NCBI GenBank assembly: GCA_032718475.1
Contig: JAUCBJ010008725.1
Location: 6,464-70,463, forward strand
Direction: 5' to 3'
Length of the DNA stretch: 64,000 nucleotides
From: Nemertoderma westbladi
Taxonomy: Eukaryota; Animalia; Xenacoelomorpha
In this document: in pieces, positions 25,741 through 37,930 of the stretch
Layout: the number at the start of each line of letters is the position of its first letter
How positions within the stretch are numbered: the stretch's first letter is position 1
Made by a program: the position numbers and the translations under genes
The notes under the pieces: model-generated
The model's input: only the letters and a program-made list of their open reading frames with translations
What the model was told of the DNA's origin: nothing
Database searches by the model: none

Positions 25741-26865
25741 TAATATTAACCCACATGTTTAATATCCACGCAAAGACAGCCCCGGCTTATATGCGCGACA
25801 TGGTTATCTTTACTGAACCTTCTCACCTCCTACGCAACGGAGCCACACACGCTTTACTACCCCAGAAACACACGGTAGCAGCCACACAGTCGTTCTCCTA
25901 CCTTGGCCCATATCTGTGGAATAAACTCCCCAATGCGATCAAAGAAATTAGGAGTGTGGAAAGTTTTAAGCATAAGTTAAAGGATCACTTTTTAGAACTT
26001 TTATCCACCAATGAATTGTCGTCATATAAGTAACTTATAACTTTTTACCATCTATATTTTATATTTTATATCATTTGACTTTCCACATTAACTCAAACAA
26101 AAGATTGAAGATCCATTTTTAGAATTTTTATTTAATAGTAAATGTTTTATATTTTTGATTTATACATTATTTTAGAATTTTTATCCTGCACGAGAGCACG
26201 ACCTTATACCTTTTATTCTAAACCCCAATCTACAGGACCCCTGTGGAAATGAGACTATGTCGGACTTATATGTCGGTATGTCTATACTTTACTTCGTTTG
26301 TCAAATAAATAATTCCAATTCCAGCCAGCTGGCCAGTACCAGTACTGCAGTACAGTCAGTCAGTCATTGACTTTAAGTAAATACTGCAGTATTATCAGAT
26401 ATTGAAGCTGTACTACAGTACTTATAGTGTTAAATAATTGTTCAGATTAGAATATCAGTCGGTGATATAGGCGATTTTGGACTTATTCCAATTTTGGAAC
26501 TTTGTGCGAGGGTAGATTTCGAAATCGGAATACACTCCAAAATTGGACTTTTCTAAATTAAAAAAAAATATTTTAAAGTCCTGCAAGTATATTTCCATCA
26601 TAAATTCTATCATTTTTCAATAAATATATGTTTTTTGTACCAAATTCATTATTCCTACCATGCTTTTGCAGAAATGTATTCATACATTCCAAAATTGGAC
26701 TTTGTTTGCAGAGATGCTATGGAGGATGACTGCTGTAACACTAACAAGTAACAAGGTACAGGGGTCCGATCATAAGGCTATATGGGCATGACTAGAGCTG
26801 TACCCTGTACAGCACAGTTCTACGCTAGAAGCACAGCTGCAGCTAGACCCTAGACCAAGCTGCAG

Positions 26866-27216
26866 CTTGGTCTATTGGTGACATTCCTGGGCTTCCAATT
26901 AGGAAGCCCTGTTTCGATCCCTAGATGGGGCACGCCAGCCTGGGCACGGTATGGTGCACAGGGGCAGCACTGTTTCAGCACAGCTGCACAGTCTGACAGT
27001 GCTTTAAATGCTTCAGCCTAGACCATCCCTAGCTTTCATCCTTGTGAGTGGTCGATAAATGGGAACCAAGGTAACTTTGGAAAAGAAAATGGAAGAGGTT
27101 TACTATAGAATATCATCCATGATCAGGCATTCCTTGGCTTAATTAGCCTAAAAAGATTATCCCATTCAATCAGTCAATATCATGAATTGGGGTGTTAGCG
27201 ATGATGGAAAATATAT
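26866..27216 (+). mobile_element. tRNA-derived SINE with Nin/Deu-like domain, inside the CAG-ended element
   Basis: A-box-like TGGTCTATTGG, B-box-like GTTTCGATCCC, then AGCTTTCATCCTTGTGAGTGGTCGATAAATGGGAACCA resembling the Nin-domain core, and an AT-rich tail. Confidence 0.65.
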
Positions 27217-27219
27217 AGA

Positions 27220-28300
27220 CCTCTTAATCGTTTCAATATATTGTTTTAGTGAAGGCCTTTGAACCGTTTCAACAGATTGTTTCAGTATCTCACATACTGC
27301 GCGAACGCGGAGGTATCTTAAACGTTTCAACAGTTTGTTACACAATGTTGGAGTACGCCACGTGCTGCGCGAAGGTCTCTCAAACGTTTCAACATATTGT
27401 TACACAATGTTACAGTAAGCCACGTGCTGCGCGAAGGTATCTTAAACATTTGAACAGCTTGTTATACAATGTTACAGTGCGCCACGTGCTGCGCGAAGGT
27501 ATCTTAAACGTTTCAACAGCTTGTTACACAATACAATGTTACAGTTCGCCACAAGCTGCGCAAAGGTCTCAAACGTTTCAACAGCTTGTTACACAATGTT
27601 ACAGTTCGCCACAAGCTGCGCAAAGGTCTCAAACGTTTCAACAGATTGTTTCAGTACCCCATGTGCTGCACGAAGGTCTATTAAACTGTTAAACGTTTCA
27701 ACAGCTTGTTATACAATGTTACAGTGCGCCATGTGCGGCGCGAAGGTCTCTTAAACATTTGAACAGCTTGTTACACAATGTTACAGTGCGCCACGTGCTG
27801 CGCGAAGGTCTCTCAAACATTTGAACAGCTTGTTACACAATGTTACAGTGCGCCACGTGCTGCGCGAAGGTCTCTCAAACGTTTCAACAGCTTGTTACAA
27901 TGTTACAGCAAGCCACGTGCTCCGTGAAGGTTCTTTAAACGTTTCAACAGCTTGTTAAACAATGTTACAGTTCTCCACATGCTGCGCGAAGGTCTCAAAA
28001 GTTTTAACAGATTGTTTCAGTATTTCACATACTGCGCGAAGGTCTCTCAAACGTTTCATAAGATTGTTACACAATGTTACAGTATCGCATGTGCTGCACG
28101 AAGGTCTCTTAAACGTTTCAACAGATTGTTTCAGTATCCAACGTGCTGCACGAAGGTCTCTTAAACGTTTCAATAGATTGTTACAGTGCCCCACATGCTG
28201 CACGGCGGTCTCTTAAACGTTTCAATGGATTTGTTTCAGTATCTCACATACTGTGTGAAGGACATGGAAGGTATCTTAATCATTTCAACAGATTGTTACA
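27220..28300 (+). repeat. ~60-bp tandem repeat internal to the CAG-ended element
   Basis: Unit approximately AAACGTTTCAACAGCTTGTTACACAATGTTACAGTGCGCCACGTGCTGCGCGAAGGTCTCTT, with shorter variants. Confidence 0.92.
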
Positions 28301-30545
28301 GTTCTAGTTTTTAAAATCTATTTACGTATGTCAGTATGTACATTGACAAAGTGAAACAAAATAGAGTAAATAAGATAAATTTCATTCAGAAAGACAACTG
28401 TAGACTTAAAGTGCTAAGTGCTGTTATGTGCTGTTCAATAGAAACAATACGCTACCCATTCTGCCATTGTCCTGCAGTGTACTGTACGTACAGTAGTATA
28501 GCAGTATAGTGCTGATGGAAAGACAAAATTGGACCTAAAGTCCAAAATTGGACGTGCAAAACTTTAAATGTCGGTTATCTTTGTGGTGCACCGTGAAATT
28601 TTCTCGTGCACGGTTAAAACTCTTATTTTGTAGTAAAGAACATGTAGGTTAAATTTCAGATCCCGTCTGAAAAAATTGTAGGCCGTGGAAAATTCACTGT
28701 AATTCATATCAAAATTAAATCCGATATTGGAATGGAAGTCCAATTTTGACTTAGCAAGTTCCAAAATTGGATCAAGTCCAAAATCGCCTATATCACCGAC
28801 TGAATATGCACGAAATATAATACTTTATTAAAAAATTAACTCCGGCAATATTTTTACCGGAGCCGGAGCAGGAGCCGGAGGTGCCAAAATGGCCGGAGCC
28901 GGAGCTCCGATCGAGCCCTAGTGGACAGCTGTCAGGCTGTAGTCATGCGGCATGCTGCGCTGCAGGCCCATATAGCCTTACTGCCTTATGGATGGACGGA
29001 CCCCTGCACCTTTATAGTGTTACAGCTGTCATCCTACATAGCATCTCAGCAAACAAGGTCCAATTTTGGAATGTATGAATAAATTTCTGCAAAAGCATGG
29101 TAGGAATAATGAATTACCGGTAGGCACAAAAAACATATATTTATTGAGAAATGATAGAATTTATGATGGAAATATCCTACGGTAGTTTGAAATATATTTT
29201 TTTTTCATTTAGAAACGTCCAATTTTGGAGTGTTTTCCAGTCAGCCAGTATTCCGATTTTGGAATCTACCCTCGCACAAAGTTCCAAAATTGGAATAAAT
29301 CCAAAATCGCCTATATCATTAGCCCACCACCGACTGAATGTAAAAATTTGACAAAAAATCAGTTTTTAGGTAGGGCCTACCGTACTAAAAGGAAGGGGGA
29401 ATATCGGCTAAGGTACTTGTATTTGTGGGTCCATCTAACATTGTTTCGTAATCCTTTATTATTGTAATAGGCCTACCGGCAGACGGCTACTAGTACATGT
29501 ATTACATAGGCTGATAGGCCTGACAGACAGACAGAGTGACAGTCCACTATGCAAATGCAAATTACCGGTCACCGGTACCGGTACCAATCTGCCAATATTA
29601 CTGAGTGTAATAATTATTTATTACATGAGAAAAAATTCGAACTTTTTTTCACTCTTCTCGAGGCATTTTCATGATTTTATTTACCGTGCGTCACCGAGGT
29701 TAATAAAGGGTAGAGATAATATTTTAAAAAATGTTCTACACGTTTTTTTCCCATGTATACGTATTTTTATTCTTAAATTATTGGTACTTTTGTGTTGATG
29801 AATTCTTTAATAAAAAATTGAGCGATATAGCAGTTAGCAGTATAGTGCAGTTGCACTAGTATTGCAAAATTAATTGAAATGTAGTATTTTACTATATTGC
29901 TTCCATATAGTAGTTACTCTGTTACTGCAATTCAAATTACTGCACTCTTCAACTCCCTGAATCCTGACTACCTGACAGCCTGATCGCTGATGGTTCCTTA
30001 TCCTTACTCAATGTTAAATCAGTAAATTATTTAGAACTAAAGATATAAGAACTAAAGAACGTAACTAAGGATATCACTAAAGATAAACCAACTGACCAAT
30101 ATCGGATTGAGTCCTACTAACAGCCTAACCATATGTCATTATCTAACAAATTTAGCGGTATTTCCGGCATTATTGCTATGAGCTAGATAGGGCGTTATTG
30201 GCCAATAAATTTTGTTTAAATATTTAATTGCGTCGGTGCTACAAAGATTTATTTAATTAATCTTATACCTGTTATATACCGGTAGTAGGTCTTCTATTGG
30301 TAATCTGCTATTTTGCTGTTTTGATTGGAAGTCGGAACTAATTTGTACGATTGTGTCACCACGGTCTGAAGGTACGTTGATACTCCACAACCACACCCGA
30401 TAATATACCGTTCGGTTTTGCTTATGCCATTCAGCCATTAGACTATCAGCTACCGATATATACTGATATACCGATACTTCAGCAATAATATCACAATTTT
30501 ATAGATTCTGTTAATTAGCGCACTATTTAACTTTCTGCGATTTCC

Positions 30546-33159
30546 ATGGCTGATGATGGTATGGACGATATTCGGGTTGATTCGCAGAAATTAGCTCTAC
30601 TAGAAGCCCGTATGAATCGCACCCCCTATCCCGTCTCTTCCGTTATTACTCAACATCAGCAACAATTCCTACAATTAGGCGTATCTACTACACCACTGGC
30701 TGTGGCATCATCACTCATTGGTGAGTCATCAGGTGTTGCAAATGTGAACCAGTTCTACGCCGCCTCGCTGTCGTCGGTAACTTCGGAATGTTCTATCCGT
30801 GTGGCACCGACGGCCCAGGTGCCACCCATCTACACGGTCGCGCCACCAGCGGTGGCTCACGTGCCGCTGGGGAGCTCTGCTCCAGAGCTCCAGCACACCC
30901 CGTTAGCCGCAGCCTGCCAGTCTGGGGAAAGTGTCTCGGCAGTGGTACCTCTAGCCCCACATCAAGTATCCTCTGCGCCACCGGTGGCTCTCCTTCCGGT
31001 TGCGTTGGCTCCCTCGCAGCCCCATTCTGCCGCCCTTGTAGACGACGCCAGTCGAGATAGCCGAGCGAGTCAGGGTTCAACCAACTCAGAGTCCAAGGAA
31101 GAACTCCCAACCCCGGATAAAACCAAGGGAACATCCTCGTTAGAACGGCGACGGAAGCGTAAGTTGGATTCCTCGTTCACTGGACTCAGTGGTGACGCGG
31201 CTAAAAAGGAGGGATCCAAGAAAATACACGATTATTTTAAGACGACGCCGCCTTACGGAGTCGGTTTGGTGGCTGGCCAGGACGATTTGTACCCGGCAGC
31301 GCCCCTTCCGCTGCCTGTTAACGGTTCTTCCGAAACCGGGGCTGTCGATGTCAGGCCACTCCTCCATTGTGCGATGGTTCCTCCCATAGACTCCTCCCCT
31401 GTTGCAGGAGGCTCCTCTCTACTCCACGGAGGCGCCCCTATCCTCCCTGGAGGCGCCCCTATCCTCTCTGGAGGCGCTCCTGTCCTCCCCGGAGTCGTCC
31501 TCTACTCCCGGAGGCGCCACTCTCCTCCCTGCGGGGATTGTCTCCTCAGTTGCGACGCAAACCGACGTGGAATGGGAGGCTCTTCAGCAAGCGTCCCGCT
31601 CCGAGGACGAGGAGAAGAACAAGGCGATGGCCCAGCTGTACCGGGACAACGAACTCTATAAGCTAAACACCCTGACTCTGGAAACGAAACTAGACAAACT
31701 CGAGGGGGTCTTCAGCCGTTCCAAGGAGGTCATTAAACAGTTGCTTGTGGACAAATCTGAGGCAGAAAGTCGGCTAGCGCGGCAGAAACTCATGGAGAAC
31801 AATCTGCGATACGGGCAGATGGTAACGCAACGACAGGGAACCCGGTTCGATGAAGTGTTCCAGGAGGGGTACCTGTTCAAGGAGATCGCCTTGAAACGGG
31901 ATCGCCTCATACAGGATCGGGAGGAGGTGGACAAGCATCGGAAGATACTCGCACGGAGGAAACCCGGCTCCGCCCCCGGGAAGGCCGCCAACGACGTGAA
32001 GATTTTAACCGCGGAGGAATTCCACGAACAAGACGAGATCCTCAAGTTGCGTCAGGTTATCCTTAAGAAGGAGTTGGAGGAGGCCGTCCAGGAGTACGAT
32101 AAGTTGGAGCGGGAGCGGAATCTACATCTTAGGGAGTCGAAGCGCATTCATCATGAAAACGTTTCTCGGTTCCACAACCATCCGGTCCTCAACTCCCGCT
32201 ACCTTCTCCTCCACCTTCTAGGGAAGGGCGGATTCTCCGAGGTTCATAAGGCCTTCGATCTTTTGGAACAACGGAATGTCGCCTGTAAGATACATCAGAT
32301 AAACCGCGAGTGGAAAGAAGATAAGAAATCCAACTTTATTAAACACGCAGTTCGGGAGTATAAGATACATAAAGGGTTGGATCATCCTCGAATCGTTAAA
32401 CTCCACGATGTGTTTGAGATTGATAACGATTCGTTCTGCACAGTGCTCGAATACCTGGATGGTAACGACCTGGAGTTTTACCTGAAGCAGCACAAGTTTA
32501 TGAGCGAGAAAGAGGCTCGTTGTATCCTGGTGCAGGTGGTCAACTCATTGAGGTACTTGAACCAGAGTTGTCCCGAGGGATCCATCATCCATTACGATTT
32601 GAAGCCGGGAAACATATTATTGGGTTCAGCGAGTCGATGCGGCGAGATAAAGATAACCGACTTCGGTTTGTCTAAGATCATGGCGAATTCTGACTGCGAC
32701 GGGACCGAGTTGACCTCGCAGGGCGCCGGTACCTACTGGTACTTACCGCCCGAGTGCTTCGAGGTGACGCCCCCCGGGCACCCCCCGCCCAGGATATCCT
32801 CCAAGGTCGATGTTTGGAGCGTCGGGGTTATATTCTATCAGTGTCTCTACGGTCGCAAGCCCTTCGGCCATAACCTCCCGCAAAGTGTAATTCTAGAACA
32901 GCAAGTAATACTGAACAATGCTAAGGAACTGACTTTCCCCACAAAGCCGTCCGTTTCTCAGGAAGCTAAGAACTTTATGAGACGTTGTTTGATTTACGAT
33001 AAAGTCTTACGGCCTGATGTGCTAACCATTGCCGAGGACGATTATCTTAAGAGCTTTAAAAAGTCTTCAACAGAGAAAAATAAAGAAGGTCTCTATACAT
33101 CGGTAAATAATGCCACTCCCCCTACCCCCAGTACGTTGTCCAACCCAACCAATCTATGA
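30546..33159 (+). CDS. TLK: Tousled-like Ser/Thr kinase. Single-exon CDS broken by one frameshift at ~31491-31509
   Basis: Frame 1 carries TLK N-terminal motifs (LALLEARM, KEELPTPDK, RRRKRK, KIHDYF). Frame 2 carries coiled coils (NNLRYGQ..TQRQG, LERERNLHLRESKRIHHE) and an intact kinase domain (LGKGGFSEV, VACKIH, HYDLKPGN, DFGLSK, SQGAGTYWYLPPECF). Confidence 0.92.
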
Positions 33160-34290
33160 CCATACGCTGAGAAACGACCTGACCAGTAAATATTAGTGTC
33201 AATTTTTGTCTATTATATTGACTACAACTTATAACCAAAAAGAAATAGTGAAATACAATCAGATTATCTTTGATTTATTTTTTATTCTATTGCAGTTCTC
33301 TTTTGTCTATTTTTTAGACATAAAGAAAAACATAGCGGTACACGAAGTTTTTGTCACTGTTTATGCTGTATGTGCGTTCAGACAGGTTTAGGGGCATCTC
33401 AATATCTCAAAATTATAAACTTTTTGTTACCGATTCGGTTATCGCCAGATCGGGAGTTGTTGTTACAATCCGACCCGATAGGGTTAAGGTGTATGTCGGA
33501 TGGGGTTGTTTCGGTCCTCAATTATTGACAGTAATTTATTTTTACTTAATTTAAAATAAGACATTTTCCGTTATCTTTAATTCAAATTCAGATCTGGATT
33601 TCATTCCTAACATTTTATAACATGTGTTACAGCTGACGCACACAAATACTATATTTATTGCTCCCCTTACCGGTACATGTCAATAAATATACAATTTAAA
33701 CTAAAATCAAAATATAAATTTGCAATACCTCTTTCTCATCTTATCTTTTTGGTTTTGGACTTCTCATTGTTATGTGCTCACCGATATACTAAGTATCGTA
33801 TTCGTACACGATATTCTAACTAGTAGCTATATATATATTATGTAATAATACCGAATAGACAACGTTAGGACAACGACAAAAGGTTGCTATTGTATATAAT
33901 ATCTCACGTATATAATAATTGCAGATACAACAAAAATATTATAATAAAAAATATCCTGACCGGTTATTAATCGGTCTAAAATATAATCTTTATAGATGGG
34001 GGGGGGGGGGGGGTGGGGGGGCATTTGTGACGCGGACTTTTGTCCAGAATCTCACCTGTGGAAAATCCACGCCATCAACAGCTGTGTGCTACACCCGAAA
34101 ACTGACCCCGTTAATTATTAAATTATTGTGCTATTTGCGTCTATAGCTACCCCCACCCCCCTCTCCATCTGTCACAATAATTGTTCATTTAATTTTAATA
34201 CCGTGTAGTTTATTGATGTTTAACTAAATATAACTTATTTTATAAGTACCATCACATGGCCCATGAGTGAAAGTGACCTATATATATATA

Positions 34291-35085
34291 CACCATGTCC
34301 TGGCATATAGAGTCGTTATTCAGGTACTACATGCCCCCCCCCCCCCCCCCCCCCCCTCCCTCCCTCCAAAAAAATTCTCCAAATCTTAATGAGATTGCTT
34401 GGAAATTGTAACTTCGATAGTTTCGATAGATCCATAGCTTCATTTCCGCCGATATTGCACCAGTTACGCCGCAGTTATTCTTCAACCTTATATTGATTTG
34501 TTGGTACTGTTTAGAAAGCTGGCCGGCCATGCATGGATTCAAAATATGTTACACAATCTGAATTTCATCGTAAAATAAATGAGATATGGATGTTCAAAAG
34601 TTGCTAGCCTTTGCACCTGTGCGAGTCTATTTTATTCTATTAAATAAATATACCATTTTCTAGAACATTTTGTTTATTCCATACGTAGCTGGGCAACAAT
34701 GCAATACCTCTTTAATCATACTATTACGTAGCTACTCATACATTAACAAAATGTTCCAGAATACGATGTATTTATAGGAATTTCAGATTCAGAAATTCAG
34801 ATTGTGTTACATATTTCGAATCCTTGCGCGGTCAGCTTTCTAATAGTACAAACTAATTACTATACGGTTGAAGAATAACTTCGGTGGAACAGATGCAATA
34901 TCGAAGGAGCACTTTTTCCAAACGCTTGTAGCTAAATATTGAAAGCGTAAATAAAAATTCTGGCTCACCCACTAAGGAGGAGGGAAATGAAACGAACTCT
35001 GTTTCAAATTTCATGAAATCTCATTAAGATTTGTAGAAAAATTGGGGGGGGGGGGGGGGGGGTGTGGGGATTTCAGGACATTGTG
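34291..35085. mobile_element. Tc1/mariner-like long-TIR MITE
   Basis: TA-CACCATGTCCTG ... CAGGACATTGTG-TA termini. Diverged inverted arms, including poly-C/poly-G and GTTATTCTTCAACC/GGTTGAAGAATAAC. Confidence 0.75.
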
Positions 35086-35433
35086 TATGTCGATGTTAGT
35101 CCGTACGAGCTCAAGAAACCCGATAAAATAACATTTACAAAAAGTGTTGCAATAAAGATGCTCTTTTGGTGTTTACCTGCAATTATTATAATATTTGGAT
35201 GTAGCGTTATAGTTTGGGTATATGTTGTTAATTGCTGATATTCAGTAAGTAAGTAGTTAAGTAGATAACTGTTAAATATAAGAAGCTGCAAGTCGATTAA
35301 GCGAATATATAAATTGCAATTATTATTAAAAGTACTAATTTTATGCATCATTGTCTTTTACTTCAATTTTCCTTCCATTGGCTAGTAATAGGTTATCGGT
35401 TCTAACAGCTGATTACGAGTAATAATTTAACTC

Positions 35434-36782
35434 TTACCTGTGCTATTGGTCCCGTTACCTGTGCTATTGGTCCCGTTACCTGTGCTATTGGTCCCGTTAC
35501 CTGTGCTATTGGTCCCGTTACCTGTGCTATTGGTCCCGTTACCTTTGCTATTGGTCCCGTTACCTGTGCTATTGGTCCCGTAACCTGTGCTATTGGTCCC
35601 GTTACCTGTGCTATTGGTCCCGTTACCTGTGCTATTGGTTCCGTTACCTGTGCTATTGGTCCCGTTACCTGTGCTATTGGTCCCGTTACCTGTGCTATTG
35701 GTCCCGTTACCTGTGCTATTGGTCCCGTTACCTGTGCTATTGGTCCCGTTACCTGTGCTATTGGTCCCGTTATTGGCCCGTTACCTGTGCTATTGGTCCC
35801 GTTACCTGTGCTATTGGTCCCGTTACCTGTGCTATTGGTCCCGTTACCTGTGTTATTGGTCCCGTTACCTGTGCTATTGGTCCCGTTACCTGTGCTATTG
35901 GTCCTGTTACCTGTGCTATTGGTCCCGTTACCTGTGCTATTGGTCCCGTTACCTGTGCTATTGGTCCCGTTACCTGTGCTATTGGTCCCGTTACCTGTGC
36001 TATTGGTCCCGTTACCTGTGCTATTGGTCCCGTTACCTGTGCTATTGGTCCCGTTACCTGTGCTATTGGTCCTGTTACCTGTGCTATTGGTCCCGTCACC
36101 TGTGCTATTGGTCCCGTTACCTGTGCTATTGGTCCCGTTACCTGTGCTATTGGTCCCGTTACCTGTGCTATTGGTCCCGTTACCTGTGCTATTGGTCCCG
36201 TTACCTGTGCTATTGGTCCCGTTACCTGTGCTATTGGTCCCGTTACCTATGCTATTGGTCCCGTTACCTTTGCTATTGGTCCCGTTACCTGTGCTATTGG
36301 TCCCGTTACCTGTGCTATTGGTCCCGTTACCTGTGCTATTGGTCCCGTTACCTGTGCTATTGGTCCCGTTATTGGCCCGTTACCTGTGCTATTGGTCCCG
36401 TTACCTGTGCTATTGGTCCCGTTACCTGTGCTATTGGTCCCGTTACCTGTGCTATTGGTCCCGTTACCTGTGCTATTGGTCCCGTTACCTGTGCTATTGG
36501 TCCCGTTACCTGTACTATTGGTCCCGTTACCTGTGCTATTGGTCCCGTTACCTGTGCTATTTGTCCCGTTACCTGTGCTATTGGTCCCGTTACCTGTGCT
36601 ATTGGTCCCGTTACCTGTGCTATTGGTCCCGTTACCTGTGCTATTGGTCCCGTTACCTGTGCTATTGGTCCCGTTATTGGCCCGTTACCTGTGCTATTGG
36701 TCCCGTTACCTGTGCTATTGGTCCCGTTACCTGTGCTATTGGTCCCGTTACCTGTGCTATTGGTCCCGTTACCTGTGCTATT
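35434..36782. repeat. 21-bp minisatellite (GTTACCTGTGCTATTGGTCCC), ~64 copies
   Basis: Highly homogeneous units. A truncated unit (GTTATTGGCCC) recurs at ~35770, 36370 and 36675. Confidence 0.97.
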
Positions 36783-37374
36783 AATTGCCGATTGTTGTTT
36801 CAGTCAATATTGAGTGAGGCCAGCCCACTTAAAATCGCAGTCTTATTGAGTTAGATCGTCTTATTGAATGGAGTAGTCTATCCTATTTTTCGACTTGGGG
36901 TATGAAATATTTTTCGAAAATGGAAATATTATACAAAATAAAAGAGATTTTTAAAGGCTATTAATTCCAAAAAATTAAAGGTTAAACAATCGATTTTATC
37001 ATTCTTATGCTATAGTTGCTCGATAATTAATTGTTATCTACTGCAAACGGCTAATGTATCGATAACTCAGCTGTATATCGTTAAGTAATCATAACACATT
37101 GCGCTGGTGCTGTATACAGATGCTCTGGTAGAGTAAGTTGAAGAAAGTAATGGTGGTCGCCTACCTGTGCCCGGTGAACAACAGACATTGAGCCCTACTC
37201 TGTTATATCCTATAGAGCTCGATGCTCACAAGCATTATAAAGTATTCTCAAGCGCCGCATAAAGTGACACGACTTATAAAGTTTAACATTATATACCACA
37301 TATCCATATTGAGTTTATATTTTCGAATAAAGAATATTTTTGATCATCCTAATCAATAGTACAATCAATCAATC

Positions 37375-37930
37375 AGTAGCTACAATGAACGCACTCTTAA
37401 AGCCCATACATAGCAAACAGGGTTTCATGGTAGCTCTGGCAATGGAATATAACATAGACAAGGTATCATCTGTATCCAAGAACTTCGGATTTGTCATTAA
37501 GTAAGTAAAATGACATTATAAATGGATGGAAGTTTGTAACAGCAGAAAGAAATTCAGCCAATGCATCAATTAGTGGAGTAAGAATTATGCTAAGCCCATT
37601 TGCACTTCAGACCCTAAACCATCTCGAATCTATAAATTCCAGGGTTATGATTGCAACATTTGATGGGAATCCCTAGACAACAGTAATAATAATTATGTTG
37701 CTACAGTCCAACCAATACATCAGAGCCAAAACAATCAGTCAAGTTTTATAAAGGTCTGACTGGACTTTTAAAGGTAATTCCGAAAAACAATGTCAAAGTC
37801 ATTGCTGGTGACCTGAATACGCAAATTGGCCCAGAAGTCACCAATGGTTACACACCTATATTACCAGATCGAACAGAAATAGGTGCTTACTTTTAGACCT
37901 AATAATGGAAGAATGTGATAATAGAAAATG
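37375..37930 (+). pseudogene. RTE-clade LINE AP-endonuclease remnant
   Basis: Disrupted frames give NSANASISGVRIMLSP, NSRVMIATFDGNP, CYSPTN and VIPKNNVKVIAGDLNTQIG. Confidence 0.8.

Larger units (their letters stand above)
20762..26323 (+). mobile_element. 5'-truncated L2/Crack-group LINE split by the LTR element
   Basis: 20762-20894 encodes LQRKCIRFCLGL...INWLPITER. The frame resumes after the TSD into ORF 25755-26033 (FSYLGPYLWNKLP...FKHKLK). 3' UTR GGACCCCTGTGGAAATGAG motif and AATAAA(AATTCC)n tail. Confidence 0.85.
26456..28802. mobile_element. Uninterrupted inner copy (2347 bp) of the CAG-ended, 5-bp-TSD non-autonomous transposon
   Basis: TIR CAGTCGGTGATATAGGCGATTTTGGACTT at both ends. 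TSD AATAT at 26451-26455 and 28803-28807. Opposite orientation to the outer copy. No transposase ORF. Confidence 0.93.
16613..28920. mobile_element. hAT-type MITE with nested insertions
   Basis: TIR TAGGGCTCGATCGGAG at both ends. GCCGGA subterminal repeats. 8-bp TSD GTGGACAG at 16605-16612 and 28921-28928. Confidence 0.92.
3109..29336. mobile_element. Outer copy of a non-autonomous TIR DNA transposon (CAG...CTG ends, 5-bp TSD) hosting nested insertions
   Basis: TIR CAGTCGGT..GATATAGGCGATTTTGGA at 3109 and its reverse complement ending at 29336. TSD AATGT at 3104-3108 and 29337-29341. Segments 3109-3445, ~15750-16612 and 28921-29336 are collinear reverse complements of the uninterrupted copy at 26456-28802. 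Confidence 0.88.

Noticed and set aside
30721-31407. Intron from the strong donor G|GTGAGT (30721) to the acceptor at 31407 to repair TLK
   Set aside because: Phases do not match (1 vs 0), and it would delete conserved TLK N-terminal motifs.
35587-36854. Repetitive ORFs (LLVPLPV, RYLCYWS, VTCAIGP)
   Set aside because: Translations of the 21-bp minisatellite.
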